Virus record (IMG/VR): IMGVR_UViG_3300049210_000020
Location: 2,834 to 66,833 of that record
From: a virus
Taxonomy: Duplodnaviria > Caudoviricetes
DNA: 64,000 nucleotides
Strand: one strand, 5' to 3'
In this document: piece after piece, positions 18,537 through 27,886 of the stretch
Layout: the number at the start of each line of letters is the position of its first letter
Numbering within the stretch: position 1 is the first letter of the stretch
Notes under the pieces: generated by a model
What the model was told of the DNA's origin: nothing
What the model saw: only the letters and a program-made list of their open reading frames with translations
The model's database searches: none
Position numbers and translations under genes: made by a program

Positions 18537-19019
18537 ATGACCACTGAAATACACGACAGTACCACCTGCAACTGCGAAATGTGCCGATTTGCCAATACCG
18601 TAGAGGTACCTCAGGAGTCGCGAGGGGTATCCGACGCCATCTCCGAGGCTGAAAGCGTCTCCAGCGGCGATTCCGAGGCCGTAGCAGGGCAATGCCACGA
18701 GTGCGGTGACGGCTCAAACGAACAGGAAACGGAGCAGTTGATTGCTCGTACCCACGCCGCGATGGCTGAGGACTGCGACTGCCCGCAGCATCGGACCGGA
18801 ACTGCCAAGATCGATCCCGCGGTCCTGGAACGTATCTCCGCGGCCATTACGCGAGACCAGACTTTCGCTTCCGAGGATCGTCTACGCAATCGTGGCTATG
18901 AAAAGCGGGCCTGCGGCAAGTGTAACGGGTACGGGCAGTTCGGGTCGGTCCAGTGCTGGCACTGCGATGGTTTAGGCTATCGGTGGATACAGCCAATAAC
19001 GAAAGGTCCATGCAGATGA
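18537..19019 (+). CDS. Cys-rich protein with DnaJ-type CxxCxGxG zinc repeats
   Basis: CGKCNGYG, CWHCDGLG. Confidence 0.55.
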   Translation: MTTEIHDSTTCNCEMCRFANTVEVPQESRGVSDAISEAESVSSGDSEAVAGQCHECGDGSNEQETEQLIARTHAAMAEDCDCPQHRTGTAKIDPAVLERISAAITRDQTFASEDRLRNRGYEKRACGKCNGYGQFGSVQCWHCDGLGYRWIQPITKGPCR

Positions 19020-19501
19020 CTGACAAGCAACAACCACCAATAGTACCGGAGCGCCCGCGAGTAAAAAAGGTTCCGATGACCTCGACATGGAGTTGCCCCG
19101 ATTGCAATTACCAGAATGTCTACAGGGAGGGGATTGTTAGCGATCCGCAGAACAGGTGTGGCGCTTGCGGAAAAGAAGTAACAGTCGGCGCGATAAGATC
19201 CACGGACGCTCGCGTCCAGCTAGTAGACGATGCGCGGCTGAATCAGATTCGTTGGCGAGCAGGGATTGACGGTTATCGCAAGCTGACGTCACAGGATGGC
19301 AATACGTCGCTGGCGCTGGTGCAAGCGCGTGCCGATGTCATGGAGCTGCTTTCCCTGCTCCCTCAACTCTCCAGTAGTGAGCCACATCGTGAGCAACGGA
19401 CTTACCGAGATCGTTGGTGCGACCAATGCAAAGTTACGCACCGCTATTTCACCGGATGGACGCGTGAAGGGAATCAAGATGATCAGATGCCTAACCTGTA
19501 A
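19016..19501 (+). CDS. Zinc-ribbon protein
   Basis: CPDC, CGACG, CDQC. Confidence 0.55.
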   Translation: MTDKQQPPIVPERPRVKKVPMTSTWSCPDCNYQNVYREGIVSDPQNRCGACGKEVTVGAIRSTDARVQLVDDARLNQIRWRAGIDGYRKLTSQDGNTSLALVQARADVMELLSLLPQLSSSEPHREQRTYRDRWCDQCKVTHRYFTGWTREGNQDDQMPNL

Positions 19502-19633
19502 CCCGAGCAGTATCGCCTGTCTGAAACACTGCCCGAGATGGATACTGAACCTGATGCCGCCGCGCAAGCGCCAAGCTCTTCTGAGGAGACGGGCGAGGTT
19601 GAAGAGAAAGCGAGTAACCAGGGAGGGGGTGCT

Positions 19634-19885
19634 ATGGCGATAGTTCCCGCAACCGTCTCCAGTAGTGAGCGCCGCTGTGGATTCTGTAACAAGTCGCAGT
19701 ACGAAGTCAGCGCCTTGATTCAGGCTGCCGTGGGTTATATATGCAACGAATGCATAAAGACTTGCAGCGAAATCATTCAACGCGCCTTGCCGTCCGCTAA
19801 TGCAACTCCTGAGCGCCGCTGTGGAGAGTGTGGGCATGATGGTAGGTTCTTCAAGAACGGGAGATGCCACGCAACCGCTGAGTGA
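19634..19885 (+). CDS. Stand-alone ClpX-type C4 zinc finger protein
   Basis: RCGFCNKSQYEVSALIQAAVGYICNECIKTCSEII; RBS GGAGGGGG before ATG 19634. Confidence 0.75.
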   Translation: MAIVPATVSSSERRCGFCNKSQYEVSALIQAAVGYICNECIKTCSEIIQRALPSANATPERRCGECGHDGRFFKNGRCHATAE

Positions 19886-20056
19886 GATCCGGCCCAATGT
19901 AAGGACAATCTGCGCTTGCAAGTGCGTGGTTCCAGCCGCTGGCGCAGGCGAGAACGCCACTCCAACGCCTGCTAAGGGTGAAGAAGCTGAGACTGTGAAC
20001 GGATCTGAAGACTCATGGATGACGTTGTAATCACTCGCTAAGGGAGAGGGGGGAGA

Positions 20057-20266
20057 ATGGCTGAACCGCAACTAAACGGCTGTGTTCAATTTCTAATCGT
20101 GGCTAACCCGCAGGAGATGCGGCACTGGCCCGCACGTCGAATAGCTCAGTTCTTCAACGGTGTGGCTCAGATAGTTCGAATGGCAGGGAAGAATGCGCAG
20201 TTCGAAATCATGGACACTACCCCACTCACCGCTCGGAAGGAGAAAGAGGGAGAGAGATTGCCATGA
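20057..20266 (+). CDS. Hypothetical protein
   Basis: Strong RBS; coupled to helicase. Confidence 0.55.
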   Translation: MAEPQLNGCVQFLIVANPQEMRHWPARRIAQFFNGVAQIVRMAGKNAQFEIMDTTPLTARKEKEGERLP

Positions 20267-21663
20267 AGGAAAACAACGACTATACAGATCTGCAACGGGC
20301 AGTGATCGAGTCCAATGAGGATATGGCCCGACTGGATCGAAATACATTACAGCCTGCGCCTGATGACGGTATCGACGAGATCGATCTGGACTTCGACTCG
20401 CTGCCACCACGTACTGCATTCTGGACTGGAGCCGCCGGAACCGGCAAGACCTACCAAGCACGCACGCTGATAGCTGAAAACCCGTCTGAGGGGCTGCTAT
20501 GCGCAACTACCGGGATTGCAGGGGTGAACCTTGGCACGGTGACGATTAACTCTCAGCTCCGGTACTTCGACACTGACTCGATGGTTAACGCTTTTGTGAG
20601 CGGCCGACTGGTCACTCGACTGGCAAAGATCGCGCAGAGTTACCGCAATTTGTATATCGATGAAGTCTCAATGATGCCAGCGGAGCAGTTGGATACGTTG
20701 TACCAAGCTGTGCGCGAGGCGAATCAACGGAAGTCGGTGACGAAAGGGAGGAATCCGGAAGGGCTGGGGATCGTCTTAATCGGGGACATATGTCAACTCC
20801 CGCCCATCAAAGCGCGGCGGATCTTCGAAGCTGATTGCTGGAGTGAGTTCGACGCAGGGACGCAGACGCTCACAAAGAACTGGCGGCAAGGCAATGGGGC
20901 CTTCCTCGACGCAATCAACGCTCTTAGGGCCGGAGAAGGCGAAAGAGGGGCATCCCTACTCGCCTCGACAGTGGCGGAATTCTCTTCCGCACTCGACCTC
21001 CACTTTCCCGGTACGACGGTGATGGCAAAGAATGACGAGGTTGACAGGTTCAACTGGCAGGCGTTGCAGCGGGTGAGAGGCGAGAAGTTCACCGTGAACT
21101 CAAAGCGCTGGCACGTGGCGAAACCTCCGAGCGAGTGGAACTACATCCCGCCACGGTTGGAATTGAAGATCGGGGCTTATGTGATGATTCTCGCGAATGA
21201 TACGCAGTCAGGTGAGTTTTCGTTCGCCAATGGTGATTGCGGACTAATCGTTGGCCGAGACGCGTCAGCGGTTCAAGTGCGGTTAGCTCGTAATGACTCA
21301 GTCGTTGACGTGGGCGCCATTACGAGAAAAGTTCACACTGTAGACCCTGACGAGTGTGGGAAAATTGCCACAGCGCCAACCTGGGGCCAACCGCACTTTG
21401 ACGAGAAAGCGGAGAAGTACGTGATCGGTGAGGTGCAATATCTCCCATTGCGCCTTGCGTGGGCGAGCACGGTACACAAAAGCCAAGGCTTAACACTGGA
21501 TCGAGTGCAACTGGATCTTCGAAACCACTTTTTCTCGTCTCCAGCGATGACCTACGTTGCGGTGAGCCGCTGCCGTACGCCGGAAGGGTTGCGCATCGTC
21601 GGTGATGAAGGATTACTGGCGCGGAGATGCAAGATCGATCCGCGCGTTCAACAGTGGATCTAG
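20263..21663 (+). CDS. Pif1/RecD-like SF1B DNA helicase
   Basis: GAAGTGKT, CATTGIAG, IDEVSMM, IGDICQLPPI, LTKNWRQ, ANGDCG, LPLRLAWASTVHKSQGLTLD, YVAVSRCR. Confidence 0.92.
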   Translation: MKENNDYTDLQRAVIESNEDMARLDRNTLQPAPDDGIDEIDLDFDSLPPRTAFWTGAAGTGKTYQARTLIAENPSEGLLCATTGIAGVNLGTVTINSQLRYFDTDSMVNAFVSGRLVTRLAKIAQSYRNLYIDEVSMMPAEQLDTLYQAVREANQRKSVTKGRNPEGLGIVLIGDICQLPPIKARRIFEADCWSEFDAGTQTLTKNWRQGNGAFLDAINALRAGEGERGASLLASTVAEFSSALDLHFPGTTVMAKNDEVDRFNWQALQRVRGEKFTVNSKRWHVAKPPSEWNYIPPRLELKIGAYVMILANDTQSGEFSFANGDCGLIVGRDASAVQVRLARNDSVVDVGAITRKVHTVDPDECGKIATAPTWGQPHFDEKAEKYVIGEVQYLPLRLAWASTVHKSQGLTLDRVQLDLRNHFFSSPAMTYVAVSRCRTPEGLRIVGDEGLLARRCKIDPRVQQWI

Positions 21664-21723
21664 AGCCTGTCAATCTGACCGATTCCTCACATCGGTGTTA
21701 AATCTCCGTAAAACAGTCGAATG

Positions 21724-21821
21724 TAGAGGACGTAGAGGCTAACTCTATTTAAGACAATACTTTAAGGGTCTGTGCGTAATGGATATATACTCTTAATAGA
21801 GTGAAGCGTCTACGCCCTCTA
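21724..21821. repeat. Nested inverted repeats around AT-rich core (ori candidate)
   Basis: TAGAGGACGTAGA (21724-36) vs TCTACGCCCTCTA (21809-21); ACTCTATT (21742-49) vs AATAGAGT (21795-802). Confidence 0.65.
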
Positions 21822-21829
21822 TGAAGTGC

Positions 21830-23113
21830 TTACATTTCCACTTGAAACTCATCTGTTGATTTGAAACGAATTCCGAGGTAGAAGACTCTTCCGTCGATGA
21901 CGGTCTTCTCGATTCCTAGACGCTTTACTTCAAGACCAAAAGCGGTACTGGACAAGGGTTTATGGCTGGTATTTTGGCACCATTGCTTGTAGTTTGAGTA
22001 TAAAATTGAGGCTTGAATTTTGTTATAGTGACCGTTTTCGTTGAAGGTGTCTACGTGCTCACAGATCTCCTCCAAGCACGTTTGCGGGATGTCGTTTTGA
22101 ATTCTGTATGTTTCTCGTTCAGTGATCAGCCCGGCAGGGATGTCGAATCTACCGCGTTTGTTTAGCCGTCGTAGTCCTTCATAGGCCCAGTTGAAGATCG
22201 CTTGGCCGGAGAGTTTTACGGCTTCCTTGACTAAAGGATCAGGCTTCTCAACTCTGCGCCACGGCACAGGCACCACGCGACGAAAGAGACCGACACCGGA
22301 TGAATCAATGCGCGGCAGTTCGTTCATCGCCCAGACGAGTTTAACCATTGGCCGAATCGTGACCGGATCGATGAACTTTCGCTCCCAGATGAGGGACTCA
22401 CCGGAGATAAGAGAGTTGAGTACATGGGAACATTTGACGAAGCGTGAGGGTTGCTCAGTGGAAATCGCAAGGGTCTTGCCAGGAATTTGCGCGAGGGCGA
22501 ATTGCGATCGCTCGATGTCGGCCAGTCCGAGCGTGCAACAGCGCGCGCCCAGCATTGCTTCTAGTCCGGTGATAAAGGTGGACTTCGCACTCCCTGGCTC
22601 ACCCCAGCACCAGAGAGCAAGTTCGTGCGCGGTGGAGGGAGTGAGGCAATATCCGGCAAACTCTTGTAGGAACGGGACGTACTCCGACTCTGTCATAGCA
22701 AGCGCCTGCGTCCACGCGTCGGACTTGGCCTCCGGGTAATAGTGGAAGGGAAGCCGGGAGGTTACGTAGTCCTCAGGTTTACACTGCCGCGTCTCTCCGG
22801 TGGATACACTCAACACGCAGTCGAGAAAAGTGATGAGATCGACCTGCGAGTCAAAGGTGTCATCGGGAAGGAACACATGCTGCTGGAGAAGTGCGTAGAC
22901 CGAACTAACGAGTGGTGCGGTTACGATCGCCGTGCCGTAACGAACCGCGATCTCCTGTACCTCCCGCCGCACCTGCATGTCCGGTACTCGTTGCCAGCGC
23001 CCGTCGAGGTAACGTTTCCACTCGCCAAGGCTAAAAGCTGTATTCGGGTGTCGTTTAAGATGGATAGACTTTAGACGGATGTGGCTCTGTGCTGTAGTGG
23101 GGGATTTTGCCAT
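21830..23113 (-). CDS. P4/D5-family SF3 helicase without primase domain
   Basis: D5_N-like DLITFLDCVLS...YVTSRLPFHY, FLQEFAGYCL, GEPGSAKST, LAISTE, LISGE, WAMNELP, GLFRRVVPVPW, C-terminal winged helix. Confidence 0.9.
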   Translation of the reverse strand: MAKSPTTAQSHIRLKSIHLKRHPNTAFSLGEWKRYLDGRWQRVPDMQVRREVQEIAVRYGTAIVTAPLVSSVYALLQQHVFLPDDTFDSQVDLITFLDCVLSVSTGETRQCKPEDYVTSRLPFHYYPEAKSDAWTQALAMTESEYVPFLQEFAGYCLTPSTAHELALWCWGEPGSAKSTFITGLEAMLGARCCTLGLADIERSQFALAQIPGKTLAISTEQPSRFVKCSHVLNSLISGESLIWERKFIDPVTIRPMVKLVWAMNELPRIDSSGVGLFRRVVPVPWRRVEKPDPLVKEAVKLSGQAIFNWAYEGLRRLNKRGRFDIPAGLITERETYRIQNDIPQTCLEEICEHVDTFNENGHYNKIQASILYSNYKQWCQNTSHKPLSSTAFGLEVKRLGIEKTVIDGRVFYLGIRFKSTDEFQVEM

Positions 23114-23128
23114 GTGCGAGAGGTGGAC

Positions 23129-23398
23129 TTATCTCAGCTTGCCTTTACCTGTTCGCGTTGCCACGGCAAGTATTGACGTCAGCGGGCCGTCTATCCTGAC
23201 GCCGTCTTCGATGAAGGTAAATCCCGTGCATGGAATTGACGTCTGATCACCCTTGAAAATGACGACGGGTTGATTGTAGTCGTCGTACCCGTCCATGAAC
23301 TCGTAGGCATCTAAATCGAAGGAACCTTGTTTAATATCGTGCCAGCCATCGGCCAGTAGAACACGGATCACACGTCCGGTATCGATTACCAGGCTCAT
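23129..23398 (-). CDS. Hypothetical protein
   Basis: Likely start ATG 23398 (MSLVIDTG). Confidence 0.55.
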   Translation of the reverse strand: MSLVIDTGRVIRVLLADGWHDIKQGSFDLDAYEFMDGYDDYNQPVVIFKGDQTSIPCTGFTFIEDGVRIDGPLTSILAVATRTGKGKLR

Positions 23399-23405
23399 AA
23401 GTAAA

Positions 23406-23618
23406 CTATCTCTGACCGTTGCCGTTGGATTTCTTTGCCGACTTGTGTTTCTTTCGACCTTTGGCGCGAAACTTTGCCACGTCACGAGCGGACACGATCA
23501 AGGTCTTGGAGCCTACCTTCTGCGCTACCAGCCGTCCCTGAAGGATGAACTGTCGCACGCGGCTAGCTGAGACTCCAAGGAGATCGCCTGCTTCTGCTGT
23601 GGTTAAATAACCTTCCAT
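23406..23618 (-). CDS. Excisionase-type HTH DNA-binding protein
   Basis: YLTTAEAGDLLGVSASRVRQFILQGRLVAQK; likely start ATG 23618. Confidence 0.8.
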   Translation of the reverse strand: MEGYLTTAEAGDLLGVSASRVRQFILQGRLVAQKVGSKTLIVSARDVAKFRAKGRKKHKSAKKSNGNGQR

Positions 23619-23628
23619 TTGCCGCTGC

Positions 23629-23712
23629 ACTATAGACTAACGATTAGAGAATAGTCAACGAGAAAGTAAATTCAAAATAGCTATTGACACGCTATAACGA
23701 TTGCGTTACATT
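23629..23712. promoter_or_regulatory. Divergent promoter pair with repeated operator-like motif
   Basis: Plus: TTGACA(23684)-17-TACATT. Minus: TTGACT(23658)-18-TATAGT. TAACGATT lies in both spacers (23638, 23694). Confidence 0.75.
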
Positions 23713-23722
23713 GCATCCCACA

Positions 23723-23851
23723 ATGACGCCGACCGTTACAGCAATGTTAATCGCGCTTGCGCTGGAGATTGGTTTTATCTTCGGATGGGCGATCCGGGAA
23801 TATCAATACGACGGCAAGCGGCTAAGACGACTGCGAGGGACTACTCGATGA
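23723..23851 (+). CDS. 42-aa single-helix membrane peptide (not in track)
   Basis: MTPTVTAMLIALALEIGFIFGWAIREYQYDGKRLRRLRGTTR; ATGA overlap with nuclease. Confidence 0.55.
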   Translation: MTPTVTAMLIALALEIGFIFGWAIREYQYDGKRLRRLRGTTR

Positions 23852-24795
23852 GCCGCTACTCGAATTCCTATTTGGAAAAGTATCGCGAGTGCCCACTGGC
23901 CTGTCTGTATCGATATGAGCTGAGACTGCGGAAGCGCGAAGAAGGGATCGAGTCGCATCACATGGCGTACTCACGAGCGTTTCACGAGGGACTGCGGCGA
24001 CTGTATCTCGACTCAACGCTACGGGAGGCACAAGACGCATTTCTCGAACACTACCCGAGGCAGTTGGACATAGGGGATCTCGCAAAGACGAGGCAAAATG
24101 GTATCACGACACTGGCTGAGTATGCGCGCCGCTGGAGCGAGGAGAACAAGCGTTATCGCGTACTGGAAGTTGAGCAGTTAGACCACGCGGAGGACGGGTT
24201 TGTGGTGAAACTCGACTTGGTCTGGCAACACAAGGAGACGGAGCAGATTTTCCCATGCGATCACAAAGTCACGGGTAAGTATCTTAACTACGATTACTGG
24301 CGACAGTTTGAGCCGAACTCACAGATCGTAGAGTATGTGCGCTACGTGAAAGAGAAGTTCGGGTTCTGCGATGGATTTGTGATTGACGCAATCTCCCTCC
24401 GCTATCTGCAACGTGCAAGCAAGAATGGCCCGGCTGGGTTCTGGTGCAACTTCGAGCGGCAAACGTTCAACGTCAACGATCGGCAAATGGAAGCGGATCT
24501 CGACTCACGGCGCTACTGGATTGACCGCGTTGAGCATTCGAAGGCGACTGGCGCATGGGGCATGAATACGAAGTCCTGTTACTTCTGCGAGTACCGAGAT
24601 TTGTGTAAGGCGGGATGGTTCTATCCCGAGGATCAGGAATTAATTGAGATTAGCTATCGGCAAGTATGTGGGCGATGGTTCAGTCCGAGTGAAGAGGAGC
24701 CGTTGGTGCCGTGCGCGCTGGACTTAGACCATAAGGGAGATCACCTGCCGACGATACCAGATGAGGCGCAAGTGGAGTTTGAGATTGAGGTTTAA
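23848..24795 (+). CDS. PD-(D/E)XK nuclease (RecB/Cas4-like phage exonuclease)
   Basis: SNSYLEKYRECP, YSRAFHEGL, VKLDLVW...CDHKVT, CYFCEYRDLC; start ATG 23848. Confidence 0.85.
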   Translation: MSRYSNSYLEKYRECPLACLYRYELRLRKREEGIESHHMAYSRAFHEGLRRLYLDSTLREAQDAFLEHYPRQLDIGDLAKTRQNGITTLAEYARRWSEENKRYRVLEVEQLDHAEDGFVVKLDLVWQHKETEQIFPCDHKVTGKYLNYDYWRQFEPNSQIVEYVRYVKEKFGFCDGFVIDAISLRYLQRASKNGPAGFWCNFERQTFNVNDRQMEADLDSRRYWIDRVEHSKATGAWGMNTKSCYFCEYRDLCKAGWFYPEDQELIEISYRQVCGRWFSPSEEEPLVPCALDLDHKGDHLPTIPDEAQVEFEIEV

Positions 24796-24966
24796 GGTTC
24801 CCGTTGGAGCGTTTGCCCTGCATCGTTGAAGTCGATGGCGGCGCTGAATCAATAAGGCGTCAAGGGAAGCACGGAGGCGCAAACGCTTCCACGGGGGTGA
24901 GTGGTAACTATTACCGTAACCTGCCGATAGCCACTGCGCTGCGGCCTTGATGAAGGGTAAAGATTA

Positions 24967-25185
24967 ATGACGATGAAAAAGAAGCGGGAGGCGACTACCG
25001 TCTCGACTGTCTGCCCCGACGGTCACGGGTACCTACCAATAGGTAACACGTACTATAAGAACAATGAGTCTGGCGAGGGTCGTGATAATAACGTTGTTTA
25101 CCAGATGGTCTACTGTCAAAAATGCGCGGGAACGTTGGAGATCGTAGTTTGTGACCGCCGTGCGCAAAGAAGGGAAGAGCGGTAG
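24967..25185 (+). CDS. Small zinc-binding protein
   Basis: CPDGH...CQKC. Confidence 0.5.
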   Translation: MTMKKKREATTVSTVCPDGHGYLPIGNTYYKNNESGEGRDNNVVYQMVYCQKCAGTLEIVVCDRRAQRREER

Positions 25186-25187
25186 TC

Positions 25188-26093
25188 ATGCCCACTAAAG
25201 ACGACTTCATTCAACGACGCCCTGCGCTCACTGCGAACATTTCGGGCTTCTTCGGCACCGGGAAGACGTTGCAATCCCTCTCCTTTCCAAAGTGCTACGT
25301 AATCTCCTGCGATCCTGCTGGACTGGAAACGATTCGTCAGCCCGACAATTCCAAATTCCTCGCAAACCTCGTCGAGTACGAGGAACTGCACAACCACGCA
25401 AAAGAGGAGTTGAGGGAAATGTTTCGCGAGAGCGCGACGGCTGCTGAGCGAGGATCGATCTACGGCTGCCTGGCACATGCGAAAGAGTTAGCGAGGGATG
25501 GCGCGATTGAAACGTTGATCATCGACGGCTTCACCTACTTCGTGGATATGAAATGGCGCGCTATTAATGAGTACGAGATCGCGAAATCCGCCTCCACTGG
25601 CAACGTCGATACGCAGTCCATGTACCGCAATCTCGGGCTGTACCTACACAGGTTTGTAGCCAGCGATCTGATGACCGTAGCCACGCGCAACTCGCTTAAC
25701 GTGATTCTCACTACGCATCTCAAGCGTGAGAGTGAAGAGCAGGTTCACGGTAATGCGAACGTAAAAAACCGCGCGAAAAAGGTAATGACGAATTCCGATC
25801 TCGCGGCGCAGATCGAGGGTGGTTTTCGCAATAAGCTGTCGGGGCTGGTTGGCGCTGACCTCTACCTGGAGAAGACGTTGAAAGACGGGAAGATCGTCTA
25901 CGATGCGCTGTGCGATATGACGCGCGGGTACGGGGGGATCGTTAACGCGAAGAATAGGTACGGCCTCCCCGCGCGGCTCAATTTGAACACGCAGACACTC
26001 TACGAAGCCATTGCGCAATCGTTGAAAATCAAGCAGGGTCAAGTGAGGCCCACAACCACGGGCGCACTCGAAGCAACGGCAACGACTAAATAA
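25188..26093 (+). CDS. AAA_24/Sak4-like P-loop ATPase (single-strand annealing)
   Basis: ISGFFGTGKT, TLIIDGFT, VILTTH, AKNRYGLP; between exonuclease and SSB-like gene. Confidence 0.8.
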   Translation: MPTKDDFIQRRPALTANISGFFGTGKTLQSLSFPKCYVISCDPAGLETIRQPDNSKFLANLVEYEELHNHAKEELREMFRESATAAERGSIYGCLAHAKELARDGAIETLIIDGFTYFVDMKWRAINEYEIAKSASTGNVDTQSMYRNLGLYLHRFVASDLMTVATRNSLNVILTTHLKRESEEQVHGNANVKNRAKKVMTNSDLAAQIEGGFRNKLSGLVGADLYLEKTLKDGKIVYDALCDMTRGYGGIVNAKNRYGLPARLNLNTQTLYEAIAQSLKIKQGQVRPTTTGALEATATTK

Positions 26094-26132
26094 AACTTAA
26101 ACAATCTATACAATCAAAGGAGAATTCAACTC

Positions 26133-26705
26133 ATGGAAGCAACAGCAGGAACAGGCGAGGCCCTCGACTACGGTGATGAAAGCAGTGGAGGATTTGAGAT
26201 TACAGACGAAGTAGATGTAGGGGATCTCTCTACGCAACAAGGGAATGACGTGATCGAGCCTGCGAAGCGGGTCCGATTCGAGATCCGCAAAGTAAGTGTG
26301 AGGCCATACCAGAAAGACGGAGAGTCGAGCTGGCGCAAGAAGTTTCTCGCGTTGGATCTCGTCATTGTTGATGGCGTGAACGAGGAAGGGAAATACAAAG
26401 GGAAGCACATGTTTCAAGACTTACTCCTCGTCGCTAATACGCAGGACTATCCCGAACTCGACACTGAGAACTACCGGACCAAGGCGCGGTTTGATACGAA
26501 GGTGTTTCTCAAGGCAATAGGATTCGATCCGGCTAAACCGCCGAAGATTAACGATGACTTTCTTATCGAGTTGACCGGGAGGGAAGTCATTGCTGATATT
26601 ACGCGCCGAGAGATTCAAAACCCGCCTGCGGAGCAGGGTGGTAAGTGGACTTCTAGTGGGGAATTTAAAAATGAAGTCAAAAACTTTAGGGCAGCCGAAG
26701 GTTAA
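26133..26705 (+). CDS. DUF669-like single-stranded DNA-binding protein
   Basis: LDLVIVDG...YKGKHMFQDL...LTGREVIADI...KNEVKNF; typical Sak4 partner position. Confidence 0.65.
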   Translation: MEATAGTGEALDYGDESSGGFEITDEVDVGDLSTQQGNDVIEPAKRVRFEIRKVSVRPYQKDGESSWRKKFLALDLVIVDGVNEEGKYKGKHMFQDLLLVANTQDYPELDTENYRTKARFDTKVFLKAIGFDPAKPPKINDDFLIELTGREVIADITRREIQNPPAEQGGKWTSSGEFKNEVKNFRAAEG

Positions 26706-26710
26706 TCACC

Positions 26711-27257
26711 GTGTTAGGTAGCTTTCATTGAACGCCGCCGTGAGTCAGGAACATGGCAACTATACTGGCAGTGTCAGTGCTCCTGCGGTGAAACTGTTAC
26801 AGTGCGTGACGCGAACCTGAAGAATCATACGACTCGCTCTTGTGGTTGCTTACAACGCGAAGCTGCTGCGCGAACCGACTGGAAAGTAACGCACGGTGAA
26901 GGATCGAACGGTAAGGAGTCGCCGGAGTATAACGGCTGGCGGGGAATGTTTCGACGTGTTGATAATGGTCGAGAGAAAGAGCAAAGAAGTTATGCGGATC
27001 GTGGTGTAAGAATTTGTCAAGGATTAAGAGATTCTTACGTCTTCTTTCTCAGCATCATAGGTCGCAAACCAACGTCGAAGCATACGCTAGATCGAGCTAA
27101 TAACAATGGTCACTACTCCTGCGGCCAGTGTGAAGAATGCGTGAAGCGTCAATGGAACACGAATATCCGATGGGCCACCATGAAAGAGCAGGCGAATAAC
27201 AGGCGTCACCGCAACCAGTACACTGGGCCAGCGCCGATAGAAAGGATCACGATTTGA
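26711..27257 (+). CDS. HNH homing endonuclease (N-terminus apparently frameshifted)
   Basis: WQCQCSCG...TRSCGC, SPEYNGWRGM, RGVRIC, HTLDRANNNGHY, NIRWATMKEQANNRR; track ORF starts 26802; upstream part joins if one G at 26717-18 is removed. Confidence 0.75.
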
Positions 27258-27664
27258 CGATGGGGGGGACCGAGAACAGCGGCAACGGCGGTCAAGTTCG
27301 TAGCTTTACAATCCCATCGTTGCCGCCCTCGGTAAATGCTCTTTACCAGATCATCTACTCGCAGAAGAGAGTAGAGTTACATCCCCAGGCTCGACACTGG
27401 AAATCATCGGCGAAGGAGCACATCGTCAGGTTTACGCCGCGCGAGGGGGCACTGGTTGCGGTTGATGCGACGTTCTACTACCGCTTCCACTATCAGAACG
27501 GAAAGCCGAGGGTGTTCGATGCGGCCAACTTACTCAAGCTGCTCATTGACTGCGTAGCGGAGAAGTGCGGGTTTAATGATTGTCTCGTGCGGCATGGCAG
27601 TTGGAGTTCAGTGGATTCGGTAGATGAGAAGGTCGAAGTAGTTCTCAGGGAGGTATTAAACTAA
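27254..27664 (+). CDS. rusA: RusA-like Holliday junction resolvase
   Basis: IPSLPPSVNALY, FDAANLLKLLIDCV, GFNDCLV, EKVEVVL. Confidence 0.8.
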   Translation: MTMGGTENSGNGGQVRSFTIPSLPPSVNALYQIIYSQKRVELHPQARHWKSSAKEHIVRFTPREGALVAVDATFYYRFHYQNGKPRVFDAANLLKLLIDCVAEKCGFNDCLVRHGSWSSVDSVDEKVEVVLREVLN

Positions 27665-27873
27665 TGGGCTTTCAACGTGATAACGTCCTCAGCCTTGACG
27701 AACGCAACGCCAGTGCTCGCAAGTGTCTTGCCCTGTTAGAAGATTGCACCGAGCGAATGAACGCGAAGGAGCTGAGTTTCGTCGAGGAGATGCCGGATAA
27801 GATTGAGCGCTGGGGCTGTACGGAGCCGCAGTTGTAGTGGTTGAGGGATCTGGTAAGTAGGCATGTGACGTAA
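27664..27873 (+). pseudogene. Small ORF interrupted by in-frame TAG
   Basis: MGFQRDNV...TEPQL*WLRDLVSRHVT*; TAG at 27835-27837. Confidence 0.45.
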
Positions 27874-27886
27874 AGGATAACTAGCA

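Noticed and set aside
19289-20071. 260-aa minus-strand ORF
   Set aside because: Antisense to coupled plus-strand genes that have recognisable motifs.
23848-24795. Cas4/CRISPR link
   Set aside because: No repeat-spacer array or other cas genes; the context is the phage exonuclease-Sak4-SSB module.
27835-27837. TAG-reassigned genetic code
   Set aside because: Long genes are intact in the standard code and many genes end in TAG.
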